From Opitutales bacterium (GTDB lineage: Bacteria > Verrucomicrobiota > Verrucomicrobiia > Opitutales > Coraliomargaritaceae), in the NCBI GenBank assembly GCA_049606355.1, contig JBMYVL010000005.1, forward strand, positions 100,806-132,805: a DNA stretch of 32,000 bases. The letters run 5' to 3'. Below the pieces are notes generated by a model. It did no database searches. It was not told the origin of the DNA and saw nothing but the letters and a program-made list of their open reading frames with translations. This document shows positions 16,791-24,787 of this stretch, piece after piece. The translations under genes and the position numbers were made by a program. The first letter of the stretch is position 1, and every line of letters starts with the position of its first letter.

Positions 16791-19700
16791 TTACGATGCA
16801 TCAAAGCGCTCGATGCCCTTACGTACATCGGCGAGAAACGCAGCCGCACCGACGCCATTCACCCAGCGATGATCAAAGGTGAGCACGAGCGACACGACTT
16901 CCATCGTCCCTCCATCCGAGGACTTCGGATCCGGTAAGGTGAAAGGCGCACCAATAAAGAGCGTCGCGACCGATGGCGGCACGACCACTGGGATCGCCGA
17001 GCGCACATGGTAAGCGCCCATACTGGAAATCGACACTGCCACGCGATTTTTGGAGGCCACTTCGCCCTGCCGGGTTGCGCGCAAGGCGGCGTTGAAAGCC
17101 TCTGGAAACTGTGCCCAGTCGAGGGTGTTGGCTTCTTTAACCACGGCCGTCTCCAAAACATCCCCCGGCAAAGCCACCGCCACGCCAAGGTCAATCCGCT
17201 CAGGATCATGCATCAACTCACCGCCGCGGATAAACGAGGCAAAGCGCTCGTGTTTTTGCATCGCCTGAAGCACCGCCCATGCAGTCATCGTCGCAGTCGA
17301 CAGGGTGCCGCCGCCGGCCTCCTTACTGCGCAGGCGCGCATCCCGCACGGCCTCCCAACGGCAGGTCATATCAATCGTCGCCGGAACGATGCCCTCCAAT
17401 TGGCGAATGGCTTCCATCGAAAGCCCCGCGGACTTCTTCAAACTGGCATAATCCTGCGGGGCCGTTGTCACCGCAGGGGCTGCGGTGGCGGACTGCGTGG
17501 CAACCGAGCGGCTGACTTTTAAGATCGCGAGCTCCTGCCCGACTTTGACTTCGTCCGCTTCGGCAATTTTCCACTCCTGCAACACACCATCTGTATCACA
17601 TTCGATCGGGAAGACCGCTTTATCGGTCTCCACTTCACAGAGCGCATCATCCGCCTGGATAGGATCCCCGACTTGCTTGAGCACGGAAACAACCCGCGCC
17701 ACGCGGATCCCCTCCCCTAAAATCGGCACCGTAATGACTTTTTCGCTCTCTTCCATCATTGCTTGCTCCATCGCTATCGTAGTATCAGGTGCGCCGCCCG
17801 CAGTCGGGTGTGTAACTGCTTCGACATCCAGTTTGAGTGAAGCCTGCAATGTCGAAGCGAGCAAGCGCTCGATTGCGGCCAGGATTCGTTCCTTATCAGG
17901 TAAAGCCGCATATTCGTAAATTGGGTTGAAGCCGACATGCACATCCGCCTTCGAGACAATCACTGGTGGGCTCTTCAGGGCTTCCAGCAGGGCACGTTCA
18001 CTGCATAAGTCTGCGACAATCATCTGGCCGACGCTGGCGCTGATGTTATCTTCCTGAACGATCAGCAAACGCCCGGTCTTTTGCACGGATTCAAGCAGTG
18101 CCGCCCGATCCCACGGCGCAATCGAGCGCAGATCGATACACTCCACCGAGAGCTGAGTATCCATGCCAGCCAAGGTCTCTTCGACCAATTCCACGCAGTT
18201 CCCCCAAGTCACCAGCGTCAACAAATCCCCCTCACGCACGCGACGTGCCTTGCCGAGCGGGATCGCCTCTACCGGAGCGACCGTCGCTTGCTCGGCCCAC
18301 ATTAAATGCTTGGGCAGGAGAATAATCGTTGGGTCTCCACCCTGCAGGGCTGTCCAAAAAAGGCCTGCGGCATCATTGGGCGTCGACGGCACGACGACAC
18401 GGATACCGGGAATGCGCGCGAACGAAGCTTCGCCCGCCTGACTGTGCCACAGCGCACCGCCGGGCAGGTAACCGCCACAGGGCGCATAAATAACCAGTGG
18501 GCATTGCCAATTGCCAAAACTGCGCCAGCGCAGGGTCGCCATATTCGAAACAAGTTGATTCCAGCCGGGGTATATAAAATCGACAAACTGTATTTCGAAA
18601 CAGGGACGTTTGCCATAGGACGCCAGCCCCACGGCCACACCCATGATGGTCGATTCCGCCAAGGGCGAATTAACCGCGCGCGACGGATCTTTCGTCGACA
18701 GCCCTTTGGTTAAATTAAACACGCCACCTTTCGGATCCGCAATATCTTCACCAAAAAAGACCACGTCGGGCAGGGTATCCATCGCGCTATGGAACGTGCG
18801 GTTGACTGCATCCAACATCCGGCAGGAGGGCTCCAGCTCAACCGTTGGCGGAGTCGGATTGACCGGTTCGCCGACGAGGTGCAAGGTACTCTCACTGGCG
18901 AGTGGATCGGTCGCACCGCTGGCAATTCGGTAGGCCTCGCGGACTGCTTCGCGTGTACTCGCTTCGAGCTCGGCAGCCGCCGCCTCGGTGAGCACGCCTT
19001 CATCAATCAAGCGCTGCTGGTACAGTACGATCGGATCGCGCGCGTGCATCGCTTCCAGTTCATCGGCGGCGCGATACATGCGCTGATCATCGGCGCTCGA
19101 ATGATTGGAAAAACGCTCCACATCACACCAGATAAAGGCGGGGCCCTGCCCCGCTCGTGCGCGTGCCACCGCCTCCCGGCCGGCAGCTGCCACCGCTTCG
19201 ACGTCGCTACCATCCACGCGCAACCACTCACGTTGATCGAGCACGCCCAAGGCCAAGGGATTGGTCCGCTGCGTCGATGTACTGATCGCGATACGGTTGT
19301 CCTCGACGACAAAGACCACCGGCAGGCAGCGCTCTTTGGCAAAACACACCGCTTCAAAAAAATCACCCTGGCGCGCAGACGCTTCGCCCAAGGAAGCGTA
19401 CACTACGTTCGACTTCCCATCGAGCTGCATCCCCCAAGCTGCCCCACAGGCAGGTAGAAGATGCACCCCGACCGGAGAGGGATGACTCCAAATATTGAGC
19501 GCGCGATCACTGAAGTGGCCGGTCAATTGGCGGCCGCCACTGGAGGCCTCGCGCTTTGCATAAAAAGCCAAGGCCAGATCATGATCACTGAGGCCCCGCT
19601 GCAGGCAAAACGCACGATCGCGGTAATAGGGAAAGGCATAATCGTCCGGCTCCAGCTCCAGCGCAATCGCTGCCAAGGCCTCATGCCCCATGCCGGAGAT

Positions 19701-19838
19701 ATGGAACCAACCCTTCCCCTGCCGAATGAGACTTTGTTCGCGTAAATCACCCAGCCGGCTGCGCCAGAGTGTGTGGAGCAACGCCACGCGTTTGTCTGAG
19801 CCGAGCTGCACCGTCGCAGTTGAGTCGTTGTGTGCCAT
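16791..19838 (-). CDS. Fused 2-oxoacid dehydrogenase: E1-alpha + E1-beta + lipoyl domain + E2 acyltransferase core in one 1015-aa chain
   Basis: Approximate domain limits: residues 1-320 E1-alpha, 338-662 E1-beta, 700-776 lipoyl domain, 803-1015 E2 core. E1-alpha carries the TPP motif [38 protein letters not shown]1-beta shows [24 protein letters not shown] and [13 protein letters not shown]. The lipoyl domain is ITVPILGEG...[13 protein letters not shown]. The E2 core shows VSISSMGAY and [16 protein letters not shown]. Confidence 0.85.
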   Translation of the reverse strand: MAHNDSTATVQLGSDKRVALLHTLWRSRLGDLREQSLIRQGKGWFHISGMGHEALAAIALELEPDDYAFPYYRDRAFCLQRGLSDHDLALAFYAKREASSGGRQLTGHFSDRALNIWSHPSPVGVHLLPACGAAWGMQLDGKSNVVYASLGEASARQGDFFEAVCFAKERCLPVVFVVEDNRIAISTSTQRTNPLALGVLDQREWLRVDGSDVEAVAAAGREAVARARAGQGPAFIWCDVERFSNHSSADDQRMYRAADELEAMHARDPIVLYQQRLIDEGVLTEAAAAELEASTREAVREAYRIASGATDPLASESTLHLVGEPVNPTPPTVELEPSCRMLDAVNRTFHSAMDTLPDVVFFGEDIADPKGGVFNLTKGLSTKDPSRAVNSPLAESTIMGVAVGLASYGKRPCFEIQFVDFIYPGWNQLVSNMATLRWRSFGNWQCPLVIYAPCGGYLPGGALWHSQAGEASFARIPGIRVVVPSTPNDAAGLFWTALQGGDPTIILLPKHLMWAEQATVAPVEAIPLGKARRVREGDLLTLVTWGNCVELVEETLAGMDTQLSVECIDLRSIAPWDRAALLESVQKTGRLLIVQEDNISASVGQMIVADLCSERALLEALKSPPVIVSKADVHVGFNPIYEYAALPDKERILAAIERLLASTLQASLKLDVEAVTHPTAGGAPDTTIAMEQAMMEESEKVITVPILGEGIRVARVVSVLKQVGDPIQADDALCEVETDKAVFPIECDTDGVLQEWKIAEADEVKVGQELAILKVSRSVATQSATAAPAVTTAPQDYASLKKSAGLSMEAIRQLEGIVPATIDMTCRWEAVRDARLRSKEAGGGTLSTATMTAWAVLQAMQKHERFASFIRGGELMHDPERIDLGVAVALPGDVLETAVVKEANTLDWAQFPEAFNAALRATRQGEVASKNRVAVSISSMGAYHVRSAIPVVVPPSVATLFIGAPFTLPDPKSSDGGTMEVVSLVLTFDHRWVNGVGAAAFLADVRKGIERFDAS

Positions 19839-19926
19839 TAGGATGAAATTGAGCAGCTGCAGAATCCGAAGCTGCGCGGTCTATAAATACTCGCGCTGAA
19901 TTCCCAAGCAAGGACGAAACCCGTAC

Positions 19927-19964
19927 GGAAAATGTAAAAGCTAGGCGACGCAAGCGGCGCCTAG
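19927..19964 (-). terminator. Candidate intrinsic terminator after opcA
   Basis: The 24-nt near-perfect hairpin ctaggcgacgcaagcggcgcctag (19941-19964) has a 7-bp stem, one mismatch, 2 more bp and a tetraloop. On the minus strand it is followed by CUUUUACAUUUUCC. The stem begins at the opcA stop codon. Confidence 0.4.
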
Positions 19965-20941
19965 AAAAACAGGGCTTCCGCCAAGGCTTGCTCCGCTGCC
20001 AGGGCTTTCACGTGTGTGGGCACGTGCTCCACATGTTGGCCAAAGTTGGCATCGATAACGCCACGAGAGGCTTCCGCCAACTTACGCCACTTGAAAAAGC
20101 GCTCGTCCACATAGGCAAACTCCAGACTCAACAGGCAGTCGCTGGCTGCATCGTCGCACGGCAGAATCTCTGTCGCGATCGCAGCAGTCTGGTCTGCTGG
20201 TGCGCACTCCCGCAGGCAATCGAGGGCCCAGTCCATTAAGCGCTGCGCCTCGCCGCGCATGCTCGGACAATGGCGAATGGTGATTCCCTGGAGCCCGGCA
20301 TACAGTTGCTCACTGGAATAACCGCTCAAAAACTGGCCAATTGATTGGCGCACCGGCAACAGGCGCGCCTTGGCAAGGTCATGCACGCGTCCCGGTTCAG
20401 GCCAGTCGAGTTGCTCCAAGGCGGCGGACTCTAAACTGCTGTCGTAGACGCAGCGCCGCACGCCCACCAAGAGATTGTTGAAATACTTCTCGATACGGTG
20501 CGCGGGGACTTCGCTGAACCAATGGTAGGTCGGCAAGTCGCCCTCCAGCCAGACCGATACCTGATTGGAGAGATAGCCGAAATCCTCGGGCTTATAGCGG
20601 AGCAACAGTGCTTCACAGCAGCACATTTCCCGATGCGAATCACCAATGTAACACTGGCTAAAAAGCTTCGCGGTCATCGACCCATCCTCGATCGCATGGC
20701 TGGGGCATAGCACGATAATGCGACTCGGGTAGCGCTGGGCAAAGCGAATGAGCGCATCAAAGCGCGCCCGCGCCGCCTCGGGAGCCACCTCTGCACCAAA
20801 ATGCAGGACCACGTTCATTTGCGAGGCGCGAAACTCGGTGGGCGCATCGGTGGTATCGGTCGCCCACATCGCCGCCAGACGCTCGGTCACCTCACGCACA
20901 GGGAGTTCAATCCCCGGCAGCACATCGATCAGTTCAGACAT
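19961..20941 (-). CDS. opcA: OpcA-like glucose-6-phosphate dehydrogenase assembly protein
   Basis: 326 aa, immediately downstream of zwf on the same strand. FRASQMNVVLHF, PSRIIVLCP, CCCEALLLRY and WLEGDLPTYHWF correspond to the OpcA pattern (RAstlNLvv, P.R.Ivl, vC.E.i.l, LL..DLPv.LWW). Confidence 0.7.
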   Translation of the reverse strand: MSELIDVLPGIELPVREVTERLAAMWATDTTDAPTEFRASQMNVVLHFGAEVAPEAARARFDALIRFAQRYPSRIIVLCPSHAIEDGSMTAKLFSQCYIGDSHREMCCCEALLLRYKPEDFGYLSNQVSVWLEGDLPTYHWFSEVPAHRIEKYFNNLLVGVRRCVYDSSLESAALEQLDWPEPGRVHDLAKARLLPVRQSIGQFLSGYSSEQLYAGLQGITIRHCPSMRGEAQRLMDWALDCLRECAPADQTAAIATEILPCDDAASDCLLSLEFAYVDERFFKWRKLAEASRGVIDANFGQHVEHVPTHVKALAAEQALAEALFF

Positions 20942-20965
20942 GTTCCGTAGTTCAGCGCGTCAGTT

Positions 20966-22522
20966 TCAGCCGGAGCGGCGCCATTGGTGGCCACCCTCCT
21001 CGAGTAATTGCTCACTTGCCTCGGGCCCCCAGGAGCCGGCGGCATATTCTTCGAGCCCCTCGGCACCACTGGCGGCCCAGTAATCAAGGATCGGCGTGAT
21101 CAATTTCCAGGAGGCCTCCGTCTCATCGCCGCGAATGAATAAAGTACTATCGCCGACCATTGCGTCCAGAATCAGACGCTCGTAAGCCTCCGGTGTGTTC
21201 GAGCCGAATGTGGTCGCATAACGGAAATGCATCTTCACCGGTTGCGTGCGGGTTTCCAAACCGGGTATTTTTGAATTCATCACCAGCGTCACGCCCTCAT
21301 CAGGCTGGATGCGGATCACCATCGTATTCGCGGCGACGTCAAATTTCTCCCCTTCCGAAAAAAGAATCCCCGGCGGGCGCTTGAACTGGATCGCGATTTC
21401 ACTGGTACGGCGTGGCATCCGCTTACCCGAGCGAATGTAGAATGGTACGCCCTTCCAGCGCCAATTATTGATCGATAGCCGTAAGGCTGCGTAGGTCTCC
21501 GTTGTCGACTCAGCCGGGATATCGACTTCCTCGGCATAGGCTTTGACGGGCTCGCCGTCGACCAGGCCTTTCGCGTAGCGTGCGCGGACCACATCCCCCG
21601 CGGCTGGCTGCAGCTTCAGCGGCTGAATCGCTTTGAGGACCTTCACCTTTTCATCGCGGATCGACTCCGGATCGAGCGAGACGGGCGGTTCCATCGCCGT
21701 GAGTGCCACCAACTGCATGGTATGATTCTGAATCATATCACGCAGGGCACCGCTGGTATCGTAGTAGCCGCCACGGTTACCCACCCCTAAGCTCTCTGCG
21801 ACCGTAATTTGCACGTGGTTGACGTGCTCGCGATTCCACATCGGCTCAAAAATCGAATTCGCGAAGCGCTGCACCAACAAATCCTGCACCGTTTCTTTAC
21901 CGAGGTAGTGATCGATGCGGAACACTTGCGACTCCTCAAATACCTGATTGATGGAGGCATTCAGCGCACGGGCAGACTCCAGATCATGGCCGAAAGGTTT
22001 CTCAATGATCACCTTCGACGCGTATTTGCTGTGCACATGCGCACTCGCCAACCCACTGGCCCCTAAGTTGGCAATGATCGGCTCAAACACACTGGGGGGT
22101 GTCGAAATATAAAACAAGCGCTGCACCTCACGGCCGAGCTCTGCTTCGATGGCATCAATCTTCGCCGCCAGCGAAACAAAGGCTTCGGGGGCATCGTAGC
22201 CACCCGTGTGGTAACAGGTGTTGTGCCGCACGCGCTCCCAGATTTCCGCATTCATTGGTCGACGTGAAAACTCGCCAATCGCTTGGTCCATACTCTCGCG
22301 GAATTTAGCATCTGCCATCGGCTTGCGGCCAAAACCAATCAAATGAAACTCGCCGGGCAGTAAGTTATCTACGCCGAGGTTAAAAATAGCAGGTACCAGC
22401 TTGCGGGCAGTCAAGTCACCGGAGGCGCCAAAGATCACCACCACCGTGGGCGGTGCGCCGCGGTGCTTGCTCAAGCCCTTCAGGAAGGGGTGCCTAGATT
22501 CGTCAGTTGTGGTCGTCATCAC
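20966..22522 (-). CDS. zwf: Glucose-6-phosphate 1-dehydrogenase
   Basis: 518 aa. The NADP site is VVIFGASGDLTARKL. The catalytic signature is RIDHYLGKETVQDL, followed by EKPFGHDL. The track start is the GTG at 22522. The ATG at 22519 is an equally plausible start. Both overlap the yraN stop codon. Confidence 0.95.
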   Translation of the reverse strand: MMTTTTDESRHPFLKGLSKHRGAPPTVVVIFGASGDLTARKLVPAIFNLGVDNLLPGEFHLIGFGRKPMADAKFRESMDQAIGEFSRRPMNAEIWERVRHNTCYHTGGYDAPEAFVSLAAKIDAIEAELGREVQRLFYISTPPSVFEPIIANLGASGLASAHVHSKYASKVIIEKPFGHDLESARALNASINQVFEESQVFRIDHYLGKETVQDLLVQRFANSIFEPMWNREHVNHVQITVAESLGVGNRGGYYDTSGALRDMIQNHTMQLVALTAMEPPVSLDPESIRDEKVKVLKAIQPLKLQPAAGDVVRARYAKGLVDGEPVKAYAEEVDIPAESTTETYAALRLSINNWRWKGVPFYIRSGKRMPRRTSEIAIQFKRPPGILFSEGEKFDVAANTMVIRIQPDEGVTLVMNSKIPGLETRTQPVKMHFRYATTFGSNTPEAYERLILDAMVGDSTLFIRGDETEASWKLITPILDYWAASGAEGLEEYAAGSWGPEASEQLLEEGGHQWRRSG

Positions 22523-22977
22523 TCGGAGTTACGGGCTGTGTAATGTTTGTGAAAAAGCGGAATGTTTGGGTAGTGGCGTACTTTGCCTACGCCAGCGGCG
22601 GACAGTGCGACGTCGATAATGTCAAAACGGAAGGATTTCGGTGGTGATTGCAACTGCTTTAAATACTGCCGACAAGTGCGATGCAAGACCGCCTTCTTGT
22701 TGGCGTCGATTGAATAATAACCGGAAACGAGCGCATCCTCCGCACGCGTGCGCACTTCGATAAAGACCAAAACCGCGCCATCGCGGCAAATGAGGTCCAG
22801 CTCCCCGCGACGACCCCGCCAATTGCGCGTGATCACCCGATAGCCCAAAGTACGCCTGCAGTAATATGCCGCCAGCGACTCACCGTAGGCTCCGCGCTCC
22901 GCGCGCGTGCTCTGCAAGTGGAGCGGTCGTGGCTTGGTAAAGGGTAAGCGCGCGAACGCGCGCTGGAAAAGATTCAT
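22519..22977 (-). CDS. yraN: YraN-family (UPF0102) endonuclease-like protein
   Basis: Trimmed to the ATG at 22977. GESLAAYYCRRTLGYRVITRNWRGRRGELDLICRDGAVLVFIEVRTR is the YraN core (GE..A..yL...Gy.il.rN.r...GEiDlia.d...lvFvEVK.R). Confidence 0.8.
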   Translation of the reverse strand: MNLFQRAFARLPFTKPRPLHLQSTRAERGAYGESLAAYYCRRTLGYRVITRNWRGRRGELDLICRDGAVLVFIEVRTRAEDALVSGYYSIDANKKAVLHRTCRQYLKQLQSPPKSFRFDIIDVALSAAGVGKVRHYPNIPLFHKHYTARNSE

Positions 22978-23092
22978 GCGGTAGGCTTGCAGGTTGAATG
23001 CGGCTCGTTGATGGTTACCTTTATCTTTTCCTGAGTCTCTTAAATCCAAAGCAACGATCAAGACTGTAGCTCAAAATCCCGATTATCTCATC

Positions 23093-24121
23093 GTGGGAGC
23101 CGGCATTGCTGGCTGCTTGCTGGCCTGGCGCCTGCAAGCCGCCGGGCAGCGCGTGGTCGTGATCGGAGATAGCCATGCGCCCAGTGCCTCCGCGGTGGCG
23201 GCCGGGGTGATCAATCCCGTCACGGGGCGCTGGGCCGTCAAGTCCTGGCGTATTGATGACTTACTGCCCGAGGCCGAAGGGCTCTACCGCCAGCTGGAAG
23301 CGGAATTAAACCTCCGTGTCTACCACCCGATGCCACTGCGGCGCTTTTGTCAAAACGAGGCCGATCTGAAGCGTATCGGGCGCCGCCTGCGCAACCCCCG
23401 CTACGCCAATGTCCTCGGAGCGCTGCACCCGCAAGGGGACAGCCCCTCCGCGATTCAGGACCCACATGGCAGCTTTGACATTCTCGGCGCTGCCTATGTC
23501 GACCTGCCGGAACTGCTGACAGCGCTACGACGCCGACTCCCCTTCATCGATGCCCGCTTTCACCACGCCGCATTGCAACGGCGCGGCACGCTTTGGCACT
23601 ACGAAGGCTTCACGGCGCCGCGGGTCATTTTTTGCGAAGGTGCGGCCGTCGTCGACAACCCATGGTTCGACAGCCGTGCTTTAGCGCCCGTCAAGGGGGA
23701 GACACTGCTGCTTGAGTATCCGGGGCTCGAGCTGCCACATTCGATTTACCACCATCGTAAATGGTTGCTGCCCTATGGCGCCCACCGCTATCGCATCGGC
23801 GCCACTTACAGCGAACAGTTTAAATCGGCTGCGCCCACGGCATCGGCCGCCAAAGAACTCCTCGAAGGCGCGCACGCCTTCCTCGGCCGCCACCGCGAGT
23901 TGCACATTATTACCCAACTGGCGGGCATTCGGCCGAGCACACGCGATGCCCGCCCACTAATCGGCAGGCATCCGAGTGAGCCCGGACTTTATTTATTCAA
24001 CGGGTTGGGGTCCAAAGGAGCCTCGGTCGCGCCACTGATGAGTCGGCATTTTGCCGAGCACCTGCTGCACGGCACGCCACTCGAAGCGGAAGTCGACCTG
24101 CGTCGCTTCGCGGAAGCCTGA
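23093..24121 (+). CDS. FAD-dependent oxidoreductase (DAO family; possibly MnmC oxidase-domain-like)
   Basis: 342 aa from the GTG at 23093. The dinucleotide-binding motif GAGIAGCLLAWRLQAAGQRVVVIG sits at the extreme N-terminus. The in-frame upstream codons encode DYLI, the expected beta-1 strand (see finding). The C-terminal NGLGSKGASVAPLMSRHFAEHLL resembles the G.LGSRG...APL tail of the MnmC oxidase domain and other DAO enzymes. Confidence 0.7.
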   Translation: MGAGIAGCLLAWRLQAAGQRVVVIGDSHAPSASAVAAGVINPVTGRWAVKSWRIDDLLPEAEGLYRQLEAELNLRVYHPMPLRRFCQNEADLKRIGRRLRNPRYANVLGALHPQGDSPSAIQDPHGSFDILGAAYVDLPELLTALRRRLPFIDARFHHAALQRRGTLWHYEGFTAPRVIFCEGAAVVDNPWFDSRALAPVKGETLLLEYPGLELPHSIYHHRKWLLPYGAHRYRIGATYSEQFKSAAPTASAAKELLEGAHAFLGRHRELHIITQLAGIRPSTRDARPLIGRHPSEPGLYLFNGLGSKGASVAPLMSRHFAEHLLHGTPLEAEVDLRRFAEA

Positions 24122-24130
24122 GAAGCGAAA

Positions 24131-24709
24131 ATGGAGCCACCGATGCGCCTCACCGAAATCGTCCATCACGAACTCGAGCGTCACCTCAACCCGGGAGACT
24201 GCGTGATCGATGCGACCGCGGGCAACGGCCACGACAGTGCCAAACTCGCGACCTGCGTCGGCGCCAGCGGGCACTTGCTTGCCATCGATTTGCAACCTGC
24301 CGCGATTGCGGCGACCACGGAGCGCCTCGAATCCTTGGGGCTAACGGATCGCTGCACGTTTCTGTGTGAGGACCACGCTGCTGCGCTGCACACGCTCCGC
24401 ACTGCCTACGCGGGGCGCATCAGCGCAATCGTGTTTAACCTCGGCTACCTGCCGGGGAGTGACCACCGCATTCAAACCGAGCCGAGCACGACCGTCGCCG
24501 CACTGGAGGCCTGCCCGACACTGCTACGGCCCGGCGGCTTACTACTGGTAACCGCCTATCGTGGACACCCTGGGGGTGCCGGCGAAGCCGCTCAAGTTGC
24601 CACGTGGATGCAGCAACGCCACAATTGGGAAGTGCGCGCACAGGAGCCCACCGCTCACGGGACACGCATACCGCCGATTTTGTGGCAGGCACGAGTGCCC
24701 GGCCCCTGA
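24131..24709 (+). CDS. YtqB/MnmM-type class I SAM-dependent methyltransferase ('putative rRNA methylase' family)
   Basis: 192 aa. VIDATAGNGHDSAKLATCVGASGHLLAIDLQ, IVFNLGYLPGSDHRIQT and AYRGHPGGAGE match the three blocks I recall from B. subtilis YtqB (DAT.GNGHDT, FNLGYLPGGDK.I.T, YHGHPEG). Starts 9 nt after the oxidoreductase stop. Confidence 0.7.
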   Translation: MEPPMRLTEIVHHELERHLNPGDCVIDATAGNGHDSAKLATCVGASGHLLAIDLQPAAIAATTERLESLGLTDRCTFLCEDHAAALHTLRTAYAGRISAIVFNLGYLPGSDHRIQTEPSTTVAALEACPTLLRPGGLLLVTAYRGHPGGAGEAAQVATWMQQRHNWEVRAQEPTAHGTRIPPILWQARVPGP

Positions 24710-24787
24710 TCCACGCGTGGCGAACCAGCGACCCGCATCCTGTGCCGAAGGAGCCGCCTGCAGGCGACCAAGCGCTCGTAGACGTAG

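Noticed and set aside
24755-24766. Perfect 12-bp palindrome CGCCTGCAGGCG in the convergent gap between the methyltransferase and the 829-aa gene
   Set aside because: As a hairpin it would have only a 4-bp stem around a 4-nt loop and no U-tract. It is a single occurrence, so it is likely incidental.
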